A DNA stretch of 64,000 nucleotides from Takakia lepidozioides. Its lineage: Eukaryota; Plantae; Bryophyta. The stretch spans positions 9,858,001-9,922,000 of the forward strand of contig CM060731.1 of NCBI GenBank assembly GCA_030704615.1, given 5' to 3'. Each line of letters opens with the position of its first letter. Position 1 is the first letter of the stretch. Shown here piece after piece: positions 1 to 12,460 of the stretch. Both the position numbers and the translations under genes were made by a program. Below the pieces are notes generated by a model, which did not search any database, was not told where the DNA came from, and was given only the letters and a program-made list of their open reading frames with translations.

Positions 1-26
1 TGTTATTAACATAAGATTCCACATAC

Positions 27-829
27 CTGTTGCTTGAGACGATTGATGTCGTCAGCCTGCAAGTGGGTAGTACGCAGGAGCGCGTCCACTTCATAGCGCA
101 CCATGCCCCGTATCTGATCGGGCTCCTGATGCTGTAGAGATTCGCTTTGTTGCTCGCACATCAACTCCAGCAACGCCGAATTCTTTTCCGTCAACATCTT
201 CATTGTCTCCATAGCCTGCAATCAATTGGCATGTACATATGCACCCCTTGCTACGCATCACAGCCAGGAGGCCGGTTCTCTCTCTCTCTCTCTCTCTCTC
301 TCGTATACACACTATATGGTTTTGGATGGAAATAAGCACACTCAAAGATCTCAAACTTCTACAATCAATTCAGATTATGCCATCAATCAGTTGGATCGTC
401 GCACATCGGCAGCATGCAGGCAGACTCAAGTGACTTGCGTTCCAGTCTTATCAATGTCCGGTCGAGATATACTACCTCATCGTGCTTAGCCATCACCTTG
501 TCCATCTTTTCCAACATTCTGATTCTCATCAATTGCTGGGCCTTCCAGAGATCTTGCGTCCTGCCAAGTGGATCATTCTCCCCTAATTCCCGCGACAAGT
601 TCTGGGCCGTCTCAATCGAACAGTGATCCCACGAAACCTTACAATGATCCCACAACACCTTCTCCCATCCTTCAATCACTCCAACATCCTCAGACCCTTC
701 ACCAACGACGGACCCCTCACCGGTGTTGGTTGTTATCAAGGTGAGGGCTTCGGCTGCCTCCTTGATTTCGATGTCTACAACTTCCTGGCTACTCGATAGC
801 CCCGTTCGAGAGCCGACTGCAGTTTGCAT
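27..829 (-). CDS. Partial spliced gene for an uncharacterised coiled-coil protein, continuing beyond the left edge
   Basis: The minus ORFs 383-931 and 6-221 join in phase 0. Exon 829-476 runs from ATG (MQTAVGSR...) to KHDE with donor gtagta. Exon ~215-27 has acceptor ttgcag, reads AMETMKMLTEKNSALLEL...RLKQQ and has donor gtatgt. The protein is rich in L/E/K/Q, but no family was recognised. Confidence 0.45.
276..302. repeat. (CT)n microsatellite
   Basis: Direct reading of a tctctc... run. Confidence 0.95.
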
Positions 830-1304
830 GATGAGCAGGCGGAAAAGTTGAAGCCCGATTGCAGATTCAAGCTTGTGGATGCCAGCACTCACCCCCATGC
901 AAAGTTGTATCAACTTGGGCAGATGGCGCAAATAGCAATTTGCACCACCACTGTCCTAATTAGAAACGGCTCCCGAATGGCAACTTGTATGAAGCTTCAC
1001 TATTTGTAGAAGGAACTACGTTTTCGGTAGAGGTGCAAGACAGCAGAACCCATCACTACACGCTGCTATGTACGGCTCACCAAACAAAATTCTCGAGATC
1101 CAATTCCCAACATAGCATGTCTCGAGTGTCGAGTCTCGACACGAGCACGAGAACTTTGATGGGTGTTTAACGCCAGAACAGAACAGTGCAAAAGAAACAG
1201 AAAATCAAATATACACTCTTTTTCCGAGGCATATACCCTTGCACATTCATCCTGCATCCATCTACAGGGCTAGTATCTGCTCTCGTGGGATCAGAGAGGC
1301 AGCC

Positions 1305-4300
1305 ATGGCTCTAGCAGCATCCTGGGCGGTAAGGCCTGCGCTCCTATCGTCTGCATCTTCATCTTCTGTCATTAGCTCCTCGTCAGAAACAGTGGCATCT
1401 GCTCTCTGTGCCAGAAAGTGTACATTTAGCCTCACAATAGGCAGGGAGGGGCCGGGTCAAGAAAGTCGGTCAGCAAGGAGTGTGGCTCGCTATGTGTCTA
1501 TTGCAAATGGAGCTGCGGGCGACCTACTTGAGGAAAGTAAGTGGGTCCGAAAGTTTTTCCTGTATGCTCTGGCGAGTTCAATTTTTTGGGAATTGGATTT
1601 TGTAAAATGACTTCGGATGAAGTCTGATATATAAACATGTATGTCACAGTGGGAGTGTTTCGTACAGAAAAGACCTTGAATAACAAGTTAAGATCGAATT
1701 CCAAGTCTGGAGATTAGTCAGCATTTTTATTCGTGTCTTGTGCACAGTAAGGTTAGGACTTGTATGGTTGTTCCCTATGCACGTGTGATTCACTGAAGAA
1801 TGCCAAATCGAAGAATATAACGGAAGTCGAATTTTCCATTTGCCAATGACTGTTCGCTGAATCGTTCCACCAACAAGCAAGCAATGTATCATAGTCTGTG
1901 ATAATGTCTTGCACCAAAGATGCTGGTTGAACATCACGTTGGACGTGAGATGTTGATGTTAGGACTCCACCAGGTTAGGGTTTAGGGTTAGGCCTTTTGA
2001 TCGATTGAAAACTCATGGTCTGGGAATCGGAGGTTCTTGACCCAATCCTGTAGTACCTTCCTGATATGTCAGAGTACTTACATTTATGAGGTACCATATC
2101 TGTTATGGTTCGTGGGTACTGATAGCTGGTCATCCTTTAGAAGTAGTGGCCAAGCAGGTTAGATGTATACAACTCACAGACACCACATTTATAGCTTACC
2201 TCTTCAATAGTTTTGTGCAGAAAAGTTATCATGGTGCTTCTTATAGTGTTGAACCGGCTTTGGTGTGCAACAGAGGTCTCTCATCGTGTGGGGTGTGTGT
2301 CAAGAGTTACCAAGGAGACAAGTGTTGAAGTAAGCATCGACTTAGATGGCATTGGATTCTGTGACTGCGACACTGGCATTCCATTTCTTGATCACATGCT
2401 TGATGTGAGTATGATGCTTTGGACAAGCCTTCTGGGCTAGTATGAGGTTGAGTTAGCTTCAACTGAGAGTCCTGCTTCATGTCATTGTTAGCTACCTACA
2501 CTAACACATTCCTCTTACATTTAGGAAATATGAGTAAATTGAAGTGGGTCTGCATTACTCATGGAAAAATGCAGCATGCATGCTTTCTTGAAAAGAACCA
2601 AGACTGAAAAAATCGAGTGTCTTAGAAGTTGATTGAGGAGCTGATGGTTGTGGAGAAAATGGAAACATGTGGTAGCTTATGAGGGTTGTGTAAGCAAATT
2701 AATGACTACTGGTGTTTCTATCAAGGTCTTTGTCAATAACGTCCATAGATTGTACATATGAACCAATCATAATGTCAATTAGATAGAATCTCCAGATAGG
2801 GATGCTTAAATGTATGGGTGTTAAGAGAGGGTGAGACCCTTACTCGGCCGTTCCTGAATGTGCAGCAACTTGCATCGCATGGGCTTTTTGATGTGAGAGT
2901 GAGGGCCAAGGGGGACACCCACATTGATGATCATCACACCAATGAGGATGTAGCACTTGCTCTTGGCACTGTGAGTTGAACTTGTCCTTCTTTTTCCTCT
3001 ATCTCAACTCTCCCAGCCCAATTGGATGTTTCTGTCAGGTTTTTCTCCTCTCCCTCCCTTTCCTGGAGGGTTCAATGTGTTGCTTGTAAACTGGAACATG
3101 TGCAAAAATAACCTCCTCAGTTAGGTTGCCTCCAAAGGTCGCTTCAGGTGCAGTATGTGATCCGTGTCATACAGAACCTGTTAGATTGCACATTCTGCAG
3201 TTTTGCCACTGCTCGTCACATAGCCCTGGCGTATAAAATACTGAATCCGCATGTCAAAGAATTTTTTAATTCTCCTTGTGAAGTGCAGTAGTCACCAGAA
3301 CATAGACAAGGGATGTGGTCTTATAGCAAGGAGCAATTGCATTCTTTTGCAGGCACTTTTAAAAGCTTTGGGAGATCGGAAAGGCATTCGTCGCTTTGGC
3401 GACTTCTCAGCTCCTCTTGATGAAGCACTCGTGCATGTTGTCCTGGTTGGCCAACCTTCCTCTCCTTTTCTCTCCTTACACACCATTTGTTTTCTGACTC
3501 ATAGTTGAAGAATTTCAGGGGTTCTACTTTGATTGCATTGACCTGGGAGGGATGGAGAAAGTGTGGACTAAATTCGTATTTGGGTGGGGACTCGTCAGGA
3601 CTTGTCGGGGCGACCATATTTGGGTTATGATATGAGCATACCTACAGACCGTGTTGGCAATTATGATACCCAGGTATTCTCTTCCACCCTCGCGTTGTTG
3701 GCTTCTCTGGCAACCTCTGGTGCTGAATTCTTCTCCTCCTCTCAAAACCATCTGCTAGTCTTGTCTTGCTTGATGACATGCTGGTGAGGCTGTACTATCA
3801 CTTCAGAAACATAATGAGCATACACTAGATTATTTCAAGATTGATTTCAAACATCGTGCATACTGTGTGACAGTTGGTGGAACACTTTTTCCAGTCATTG
3901 GCCAATACCTCAGGAATGACTCTCCACATCCGCCAGGTTTTTCTCCTCTCTTTTGTGGTCTGTTGTTGATGAAAATTTTATTCATTGCAAAGTACGGTGT
4001 GCAGTCATCCTTTATAGGCTCAGGATAGAATAACAGGCTTTTATGGTGTGGATGGATGGCTTTCTTAGATGTGCAATTGGACTTTACATTGGATGATCTT
4101 TGAAGTTACTGGTATGGGGTGCAGCTTGCAGGCAAGAATTCTCATCATATAATTGAGTCTACCTTCAAAGCTTTTGCTAGAGCGCTACGGGAGGCAACTG
4201 AATATGATCCCCGCCGCCGGGGAAGCGTACCAAGGTTAGTTTTACCAGCATCTTGGAAAACTTACAAGTCATTTTGATTTGGTGTTGCAAACACTTCGAC

Positions 4301-4601
4301 CAGTGTTTTTTTTAAGAAATTTGGAAAACAGCACGAGTGGCTACAGAGTTTTGCAGAAAAATAGCGGTACATTCTATTCATCCACCTCTGTACCATAATC
4401 CATTTCCATCATCCATATTTGAAGAATTCATCCATAATTTATTTTTTATTTGGGGAAATTTGGCGATTTCATCCACGAAAAAACAGGGGATTTGTGACAG
4501 AATATTCCATTTAGGGACTGCGCTTTCAAGACGACACAAATCTTGATATGCTGTTCTGTTGGATTTGTGACAGTTCAAAGGGTGTTCTTTCACGCTCATG
4601 A
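1305..4601 (+). CDS. HISN5: Imidazoleglycerol-phosphate dehydratase, plastid precursor (histidine biosynthesis), 8 exons, 278 aa
   Basis: Exons 1305-1536, 2274-2404, 2866-2970, 3353-3445, 3599-3673, 3874-3936, 4125-4234, 4574-4601; all introns are GT-AG and in frame (837 nt). It has an S/A-rich transit peptide and the motifs [66 protein letters not shown] and PSSKGVL. Confidence 0.97.
1975..1992. repeat. Short interstitial telomere-like / telo-box repeat in IGPD intron 1
   Basis: The sequence reads ttagggtttagggttagg. Confidence 0.7.
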
Positions 4602-5391
4602 TAGAGAATGAAGCCCAGCTTCGTCCTTATCAGTCACAGCAGATTAAGAAGGCAGCCAGATGAAGAAATTTGCATCTGGTGTGCTTGTCTTCTAAGTGCA
4701 TCTTATGAATTCACTCCGAATCTGGGTTAAAGTTCCTAACCATGTAAGATATTTTGGTCCAACTGGGCCATCTATCATCCTTAGTCAATGCATGTATACT
4801 GTTACTCTGCATACAAACCCAGTGAACATTTCAGCCAGGAAAGAATAGTGCAAGTAAGCTTCTTGGCAAAAATGGACGGTAGATCAGATCCATCAGGCAG
4901 TGGTGATGCATAATCTGGAAATGGCTGGACATCAACAAGTATCTAAAATTTCTCCAGTGACAAGATTAACAAATGCATGGAGTATATGCCATCCCTGCCG
5001 TAGTTTTATGGGTTTTTTACTTTTGTTTCTGTATTTTAAAGGAAAACACCCCCCTTAACTGGAACTAATGGTTACTGGAACGAATGGTTATTTATGCTCC
5101 AATGTTGCCCTCGCGACAGCCAGTAAAAGCAGCCATTAAAATATGTTTATCTTCCAAATGAAAGACAGTAATTTTCTTAGTGTGAAGTGACATTATAAGT
5201 TATACAGGCACTGACAAATAGTTTTTTGTCCTTTCTTTCCTCCTTATATGGTTCAATATCTCTTTATATTTTAATTTTTAATACAAATATAACAAGCGGC
5301 TCGTCGCGTAATGGCTCCTCTTTATGGTGACTACCTATTAGAGTATTATGATGATGATATATGTTGGTAGCAAGGAATGTAATTAGGTAAT

Positions 5392-6860
5392 TTAAAAGCA
5401 ATAAAAATAGGTTTATGGTCCGTCTAATATGTTTCTGTAATATTGGTGAGGTGCATTTGTCCAAACATTGTCTAGTTGAGATCCATAGATAATAGTACTA
5501 ATTGAGAATTGTAGTAAGGAAGACATGAATTTTTGCAATTGATTTGTTGTACGGTATTATTTTCTAAGAGATCTACATTAAAATCCCCTATTATTGTATA
5601 TCCCAATGTATGTAGGATATTATCAATGAGCTTTTTTAGAGAAGATAAGAAAATAGTTAACTGTAGTGTTGGAGGTTTATAAACCGCAATTATGTAAATA
5701 CCTTTCCTTGATCTATGACCTCTCTTCTCCCCCTTCTCTTCGTCTTCCTAGTTCAGCCTTCATGGCACCCACAGTAGAGGTTATTTTTTCCTCTTGTACT
5801 TCTCGAACGTTCTATAAAGCTGTGAGGCCTCCGTCTCTCTTTTAAAAAAGTTAAAAAAATGTTATAGCTATATATTCATCACCTTCATTTGAAAGTATTT
5901 GATTTGATGACATAGTATGGTCGTATTATACAAGTGTTCCATGGCTTGCATGAACCGCTAGATAAGAGTACAGCGGAGTATTAAGGAACATTTCAATGTT
6001 TGAATTTGTTGGGTTGAAGTGAGTTTCATTAAAGCACATTATATGAGATTGTTGTATATTAAAGTCGAAATAAACATCTTCTTTATGTAACGACAACGAT
6101 CTAGTGTTCAAAGATTGCACAATGACATGTGATTCTCTATAAGATTTGAGAATGGGAATTAATAGATTCCAACGAGCGAAAGTGCGAAGCCGTTGCATTT
6201 CGTCGGCAACGCCATTATCAACATGCAAATTGTTTGATTGCAAAGGTGTGACAAGATATAAATTTTCTTTTTGTCGAATGCGAGAAAGTTAGAGCATGTT
6301 TGGTTTACACCCTTAGGGTCGAACGCTAAATAATCCAAAGTTAATCCTTGGGAACGATGGATAGTTCGAGTAGAAGCCAATTGAATTGGAAATTGGGTTC
6401 TGGTGATGATATGTTTTGTATTAGATCATATTTGTTTCTTTTGAAACTGGTTGGATTGGCGTCCACAACAAACAATTCGGTATGTTTTTCATATCCTTTT
6501 GATTATATAAATATATATTTTTTGCAAGTGTACCAATTCCCGATTTCGGATTATTAAATTGGATCCATACTAAAATAGTTGAATTTGACAAAACAGAGAA
6601 ATGTTTAGAAATTCCATCGGCTCCGTTCACAAGTCCATCATGTGTTGCATAATTTCCTACGCACAATTCTACTAACATATTTTTCTTAACATGAATCGTT
6701 GTATGCAAACCTGCTGGGGCATTGGCATTATCCAACAACTTGAAATTAAAAGGGAGATGTTTATCAACAACTTGAAATATATAGATTTGTCCAACTGTTT
6801 GTTTGAATATTCTTTCATTTCCTTGTTCGTATAATACAAAATTTATGGAAATGTAGGATC
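5392..6860 (-). mobile_element. Degenerate Helitron (Helentron-type): C-terminal Pif1 helicase fused to an APE/EEP endonuclease
   Basis: Helicase motifs: GNYATHDGLVNGADG, QFPIQLASTRTIHRSQGLTLD, LSRIRQKE. These continue in frame into endonuclease motifs SLNTRSL and CFNETH. After a ~150 bp insert come IIAVYKPP, IIGDFNVD, LDNVWTN and Y*TDHKPI. Stops and frameshifts are present. Confidence 0.8.
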
Positions 6861-6935
6861 GTCCTAAGTTAGAATTGTAAATTATAAATGATATTATATA
6901 AAAGTATATGATAAATAATAATGAAAATATTAAGA

Positions 6936-6936
<1 letters not shown>

Positions 6937-6972
<36 letters not shown>

Positions 6973-7438
6973 CAGCGTAAATGTATAAATTGATGGATCA
7001 AAAGGGACCTGAAGGGATCAAAGATCTGAAATTTTTTTTAGGTAAGTTAGAAAAATGTAGATATTACTAGATTGGAAAAATATTTTAATAATTAAATATC
7101 TAAAATTTAAAAAACAAATCACCTATATTTATTTAAATAAAAATATATAATATATTTAATAATACTTAGATATTGATAAATACGAGTATTTATTTTATAG
7201 CTTAAATATATTGATCAATTATAGTCTGTAAAAAAAATTAGTTCTTTGTTTGTAACTTAGTTGTTTTTCATTTGTATATAGATTGATGGATCTAAAGGGA
7301 CACGAAGGATCTAAGATCTGAAAAAAACTAAAGGTTTTGAAGAGTTGAAAAAATATGGATATTACTAAACATGAAAAATTCTTTAATGATTAAATATCTT
7401 TTTAAAAAAATCGCATATATATATATATATATATATAT
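6937..7438. repeat. AT-rich segment with a diverged ~110 bp direct repeat, bracketed by two (TA)n tracts
   Basis: ttgatggatcaaaagggacctgaagggatcaaagatctgaaa... (~6990) resembles ttgatggatctaaagggacacgaaggatctaagatctgaaa... (~7283). (TA)n tracts lie at 6937-6968 and ~7415-7438. Confidence 0.7.
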
Positions 7439-7864
7439 AACAAATTTAAGAAGAACTGGACAATGTGGTCCAGCAGAGTTAATGTATCAGGCAGTGCTAC
7501 TTTGACCCTGGCGGCCCCGCATGAGGAAGCGTTTTTCCAAAATATCCGACCAAACATCCTACAAGCCTAGGCTCAAGACCATCAATTGACCAATCACCGT
7601 AATAAATATATTTAGTTAATAGAAGTATCGTATTAACCACATGTTGTCTTGAGCGAATTCCTAACCCGCTGTGACCCTAGTTATCCTAATGATTAACATG
7701 ATCCTAAATCTGTCACTATCACATATTCAGCTCAATGTGGTCCCCACTTCCTTAAAGTCACTATAAGGGGATAAGGCAGTGTCACTTTAAGGTCAAGGAT
7801 GCAAAAACATAGGTACGTCTACCTTAGATACGTCTACCTTATCCTCTTTTCCCACTTCTATAAC

Positions 7865-8147
7865 CTGTTGAGGGCGCAAGCCAAAGTTATCAATCATCAA
7901 TGTTGTCCCTTTGACAAAACATTATTCATGGTTTTTCACAAGGCTGCCACTAATGGTGATTGTGACAGTCTGGACGTCATATTTGTCTGTTACATCAGCA
8001 TGAATGTAAGAAAAGGAAGAACACTCTATGTTAGTCTTTTCAAAGTTTCCATACCTCCTCAAAACAATACACTCAAAGGTTGCATCTCTCACACTGTAAT
8101 CAAGATCATCTGCAGTAAAAAAGATATCGGTTGTATCTCGCAGCCAT
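7865..8147 (-). pseudogene. RPA1-like OB-fold fragment, probably Helitron-borne
   Basis: Manual translation with one frameshift and one stop: MAARYNRY.FTADDLDYSVRDATFECIVLRRYGNF...YIHADVTDKYDVQTVTITISGSLVKNHE*CFVKGTTLMIDNFGLRP. This follows the RPA OB pattern (..DL....W.I.VRV.R / I.ATI...LV.KF...L.EG....I.NF.V.P). Confidence 0.5.
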
Positions 8148-8649
8148 CACACCATCTGTATACAAGATTACCTGAAAACAATGAAGACAAAAGAAAGAAA
8201 CAATATCTAAACAATTTGTGCTTCAGACCTCCTCTATTTTACATAGAATAGAGATAAAAGATGAATTGATTACTGTTAACTCTCCACGAAAGTCTATTTC
8301 AGAAATAGTTGAGATAACTATAGCATAACGTCTAAGTTATCTCCAACAGCTACTCTGATACACTAACTTCACTAAGGCACCGTTCCCACTACCAACTAGT
8401 AAATGTGGTCAGTAGTTATAATGCTAGTTCACATGATTATTGTTGTTCTTCGTCTCTTCACCTCTGCACGATCTCTTCTCTTTCTCTGTTACATGCGTGC
8501 TTGTTGAGCTGTTCGAAGTGTAGGCCTGGACTCTGATGAAGCTCATACTCTCTTCTTCGATGAGGAATTTCTACTCTTATTTTTGTTGCTCTCGGAGATG
8601 TTCAAACAATTCGATTAGTTCAATCATCATCAATTCCAAATCTTTCTTT

Positions 8650-8910
8650 CAAACACTAAGGAAGTCTTCGATGAGGTCAAAATATGTTATGTTATATGCT
8701 GGGGGTAGCCTTGCTTCTATTTTCTCTGTTGCAGTAAGAGACCAATAAGTAGAAGTCCCGGTGCGCTTGAGGTAGTCTGCAATGAGTTTGTAATCATTAT
8801 AGAGTGCATTCCAACGGTCCTTGCATTTTTTCAGTGCGCTGATGTTGTGTATGGCCTTCTACAGCAATGAAATCTGCACATTTTTTCTACTTATTTGCAG
8901 TTGTTTCCAT
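8650..8910 (-). pseudogene. Myb/SANT trihelix-like DNA-binding domain remnant
   Basis: METTANK*KKCADFIAVEGH...RTEK/KCKDRWNALYNDYKLIADY...YWSLTATEKIEARLPPAY..YFDLIEDFL. The tryptophan spacing fits trihelix or Harbinger ORF1-type Myb domains. Confidence 0.65.
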
Positions 8911-11190
8911 GTTATGACGAGGATGTGTGACCATTGTTGCTTGCAAGACTTCATTTCTCTTGGTTTTTATGAGGCTTCTTGTTTCAGGATCCTCCCAATT
9001 GAGAGATCTAGGAGCACAACGAGCTCCAGCGGTACGTGGAGGCATCTATAATATCATACAATAACACAATAACACATCAATGATAATTCATATAAAAGAA
9101 GAGATTGAAAATATCCTAGACATCAACGCTGCACCCACTCGTACTACCTCATCTATCAGCTACACCTTAGGAGTGTGTGGGTTTATCAAAGAATCAAAGA
9201 GGATATACCAGTCAACCAAAATTACTTAGCTCCTATTGAAATCAAGAAGAAGAAAGCAGGAAACGGACCCACAATGGACGCAACAACATGATGCAACTCT
9301 TGTGCATACACGTCAACGCTGTCAATTGGAAATTGTACAAATCAAACGTTTGTCAAAACTACCATATCTATAGCTCTACTAGGTAAGAGCTCAACAACTA
9401 CACAACGACTCTACATATCTATAACTCACTTCTTGGTGACATGCTAATACACTGTTAAGGAAGAAAAGTTGAAAAGAAAATGCACATGTCAAAGTATGAA
9501 CCCCACGGGGCAACTTTTCCATATCCGAGAGATTCATTGTACACAATAGTTGAATTTTCAGACACAATATTCTGAGAGACCTTGCGATGTGGTTACAGTA
9601 CAATGATAGACACATAATGCAGTCACAAGATGTATTGAATTCTTCACAGTGATGTACATTGATTCTTACTGTGTTACATTCTCAAGAATGACCTTGTCTA
9701 CTTCTCATCAATGTCCATTATAAAATCCTCAATATCTATATTTTGAATGATTGATGCAATATCTTCTTCTTGGTGATTCTCTTGGCAGTACTCACAGATT
9801 TACAAGAGCTCTTTCTCTATATCGATTTCTTAGATAGCATTGTAGCCTTCGATTTCTTGGTTAGCATTAACCTAGGCTTCTTTGATTTTTGAAGCAAGCT
9901 TCAATTGTTGGACTCTCCATTACGTGCGTCTCTCTACAATTTCAAATGAAACCTCGTGCTATTAGCAGGTTGGGCATAGAAACATACGAGAGAAATTGGA
10001 GGGTTGATGATACGTGTTTTTGTGTGAATTCTTTGTTTTGGATCGCTCATATATTATCAAAGAGAAGATGATGGTTATGGATATGGATGGGCCAATTAGG
10101 TCTTTGCGTTCTGCCTAGTCGCAAATTTAGGAGGTCGGAAACTGGCAAGAGGGACGAGGGTTACTGCATGTAACCTGGTTGCTCTCAGCCACTAGGGGCC
10201 AGGCATGTCATTGAGATTCCCAAAAAAGCCGGTTATGACTTAAGGAGAATTTACGAAAGTGCGGTGTGTGACAAAAGATCCCATTGAAATAAAGTGTAAT
10301 TTCAAGGGTTTCTTCATGAGGTTGACAGTTGTCACTTATTTGAGGGACCAAATTTTCAAGAAACAAGTTAGTTGAAGACAAGTGTAGATGTATTCTATCT
10401 ATATGTACATAGGAACATCCAAAAAATATAGTGGTTCATTTGCGCTGGTCTGTTCTTCTGTTACTGATAGACATTAGAGGAGCCTTTATTCAAAAAATAT
10501 CATATTTGTGTGTAAACTTGTCATAGGGTACAAACCAGTTTGGGCATGCACCAAAGTTTATGCTTATTAGCAAGGACATATATAGATTTAAAATCGTCAG
10601 ATTGCCAAAACCATGCACAAAACTGCACAAATTCATGTCGACCTAGCATTTCAGCCAAGAAAATGAAAGATTGCCAGAAAAACCATGAACTTGTACAGAT
10701 CTTGAGAATTATATTAATGACACCACTTAGACAAGCAAATTTAAATGCTTGTCAAATATTGTGGTTGCAGCTCGGAAGATTCAAGATGTTCAATACCGTC
10801 TGGGGAGATAGCTCTAGTAATTGAGAAAGAGCTTCCTCAAAATTGATGGAGTGCATATTTTGAGTCTTTTCCAATGATCAGTATATTGTCCTGCCCAACA
10901 AAAATGCTTCTGCATCTACAATTTGCTACAAGAAAATCCAACTCTTTAATCAGGCATATGTTTGCCAAGGTTCCATTCCATATATTGCTATAATGCCATG
11001 TGGCAAAACACTCCAAACTTCACTTGACTAGTTTTAAAAATTTGATGCACGATTTTCAAAGACAGCGTCGGTATTTCACCATAAAAATATTCATGAAAGA
11101 CATGAACATTGACTCCATTTTAATGGCTCGTCCTTATAGGAGGAGACCACACAAAAGTTTGATCAACAAGATCAAACTATTTGTTTGTAT

Positions 11191-11305
11191 AGGGTAATTC
11201 CCCGAGTGGAGGGCATTCCCGGATTTAAGGGCCTGACGCCGAGGGTGATAGCCCGAGGGGAAGGCCAGAATATCCAGGAATGCCCGACATGAGGGGCGTT
11301 ACCCT
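11191..11305. repeat. 115-bp imperfect inverted repeat (foldback)
   Basis: The left arm agggtaattcccc...gggcattcccggatt pairs with the right arm atatccaggaatgccc...ggggcgttaccct. There is an inner ggcc...ggcc pair and a ccgagggt-gata-gcccgagg hairpin. Confidence 0.8.
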
Positions 11306-12460
11306 GCGTAAAGAAATGCCAATTTTATTTTTTTTAAATCTAATGGTTGGTGCATTCTGCATTTCGGAATGCACTCGATGAGATGAGATGAGCTGATCAG
11401 GTGGAATGCACCAGGATGAATTCTGCTTTTCAACGGCACGATAAATACAAACAAAATTCTTTGGCAGTGCCTTTGTAGTGTGTACCTTTTCCTTGTTATG
11501 CCTTTCCCAAATAACACCTCCCTGGTTTTGACAAAGGAAATGGATGAAAAAGTTTCATGGAAGAGATTGAAGTTTTATACTTACATAATTTATAATCAAT
11601 TATGGATGAAAGGATATCTCTCTTTTTCTTTTTTTATATAAAACAGGGGAAGAGCCCTGGAAATATGTTAAAAGGACATGGAAAAAATAACCATGTGAGG
11701 CGGTGGAGGCTTACAATGGGATACCACCCTGAACCTACATCTCTCTTTTTTTTTCTTTTTTTTCTTTTTTATATCTCTCTATTCACAATAGACTGGGGAG
11801 CCATTACGTGACTAGCCGCTTTATTGGTGTTCGCTGTTTACTATGTAGGCGTGTTGGAAGACCAGCACCCATTGAGCGGAGATATAAAGCTCGGGAAGAG
11901 TCCCCTCACAAGCCAACATTGGTCCTACTAACTAACGTGCCGTCGGGGAACCCGGAAAAAGAAAGAGACATTTGCGAGCACAGAACGGGGGTGTTTCACG
12001 CAAGTCGCCAAAAGGAGCCCCCAGAAGCATCAAACATCTCCGGAAAACCTCCGCACTCTTGTCTCGGTTTGCGGATGATGAATTAGGAAGTGGTGAAGGA
12101 GGCACTCATTTAAGCTTATGCGGAGACAGGAAGAAATGAAAAGATGGTGTCAGATTGTCATGTGATGGTAGATAAATGATAAAGTGAATGAGACGGGTTC
12201 AAACCCTGGGCCGGGGTTAGCAGAGCTTGAGGTGATGGCGGTGGCATGGGTGGCTCATGGGGTTTGTAGGAGGCAGCAGGGTAGGGTAGACAGACTTGGT
12301 CGTGGAGGGGGGCGAGGCCGGGAGGGAAGGCGAGCATAGAGAGAGGGAGGGAGAGAGAGAGAGAGCAGGGTGGATTGATGGTGTGGGGAGGGGGAGTAGC
12401 GGGTGTGGAATAACAACACACATACGGAGGTGGTAAGAAAAATCCTAGCTAGTGGCAGCG

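Noticed and set aside
7799-8251. 150-aa plus-strand ORF
   Set aside because: It has no recognisable features and is a shadow of the minus-strand OB-fold remnant.
10400-11190. Possible MULE/SWIM transposase tail
   Set aside because: Only vague similarity, with many stops and no diagnostic motif.
12158-12423. Pro-rich minus ORFs
   Set aside because: They arise from the GA/G-rich 5' leader of the CCCH gene.
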